A DNA stretch of 64,000 nucleotides from a virus (taxonomy: Duplodnaviria; Caudoviricetes), in IMG/VR virus record IMGVR_UViG_3300031718_000109, positions 771-64,770 of that record; one strand, 5' to 3'. Below the pieces are notes generated by a model. The model saw only the letters and a list, made by a program, of their open reading frames with translations. It was not told where the DNA came from and did no database searches. A program made the position numbers and the translations under genes. Numbering within the stretch: position 1 is the stretch's first letter; the number at the start of each line of letters is the position of its first letter. Below are positions 63,626-64,000 of this stretch, in pieces.

Positions 63626-64000
63626 TTAGGGGCTGTCCTCCAGGGTGTCCAGGAACTCTTCCCACGTCTGGAACACCCGCACCTGCGGCAGCCGGTGGAA
63701 GATCCCTTCGATCTCACCGACGATGATCAGTGACTTGCCCCAGGCTAGGCCTAGCCCGAACTCCACGTGCCGTCCGCCGAGGCCGCCGGGGACGGCTGGG
63801 GTAACGGAGACCAGGGTGTCGCAGGCAGCGATGTCCTCCAAGCAGATCGCGGCCTGGTTGGCCAGGGTCTCGACGGGGTAGGCGGTTTCGTCTCCGTTCA
63901 GGTTGATCCAGCTGGAGGTGATTTCGTGGCCGAGGTCGGTCAGGGTCTCGGCATAGTCGCGCATGAGTGCGGCGTCGGTGAATTTGGTCGCTAGGTAAAT
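63626..64000 (-). CDS. Nucleoside 2-deoxyribosyltransferase-like protein (start lies outside the window)
   Basis: IYLATKF..., DIAACD, GGRHVEFGLGLAWGK. Confidence 0.75.
   Translation of the reverse strand: MYLATKFTDAALMRDYAETLTDLGHEITSSWINLNGDETAYPVETLANQAAICLEDIAACDTLVSVTPAVPGGLGGRHVEFGLGLAWGKSLIIVGEIEGIFHRLPQVRVFQTWEEFLDTLEDSP

Noticed and set aside
1-64000. Integrase, att sites, genome termini or diversity-generating retroelement
   Set aside because: No recombinase, reverse transcriptase or TR/VR pair was seen, so lifestyle and boundaries cannot be determined from this window.

Overview
High-GC, gene-dense segment of a large actinobacterial siphovirus-like phage or prophage. The host is probably a Streptomyces-like actinomycete, inferred from composition and protein families only. 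From left to right: (1) a + strand polysaccharide cassette (processive GT2, tiny membrane protein, CE4 deacetylase lipoprotein, Tat-exported GH16). (2) A long minus-strand late region: lysis genes, tail genes, tape measure, tail chaperone with an apparent +1 frameshift, tail tube, head-tail genes, major capsid, a large protease/scaffold and a portal-MuF-ParB-Nudix fusion. (3) A 6-kb + strand island of small genes. (4) A second beta-helix protein. (5) A ~2.8-kb minus-strand RNA operon with 13 tRNAs interleaved with about ten non-tRNA structured RNAs. (6) A terminase whose intein carries an HNH endonuclease in a different reading frame. (7) A DEDDh exoribonuclease and small genes. (8) A frameshifted Ro60/TROVE gene preceded by six tandem Y RNA (YrlA-like) genes, several carrying circularly permuted tRNA modules with intact anticodon arms. 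An extended -10 promoter/operator motif (TGC-TAnnnT-RCTY) recurs 11 times. The strongest candidates for an undescribed system are the Ro60 plus six-Y-RNA array and the structured RNAs within the tRNA operon. All calls come from manual motif reading; no searches were run.
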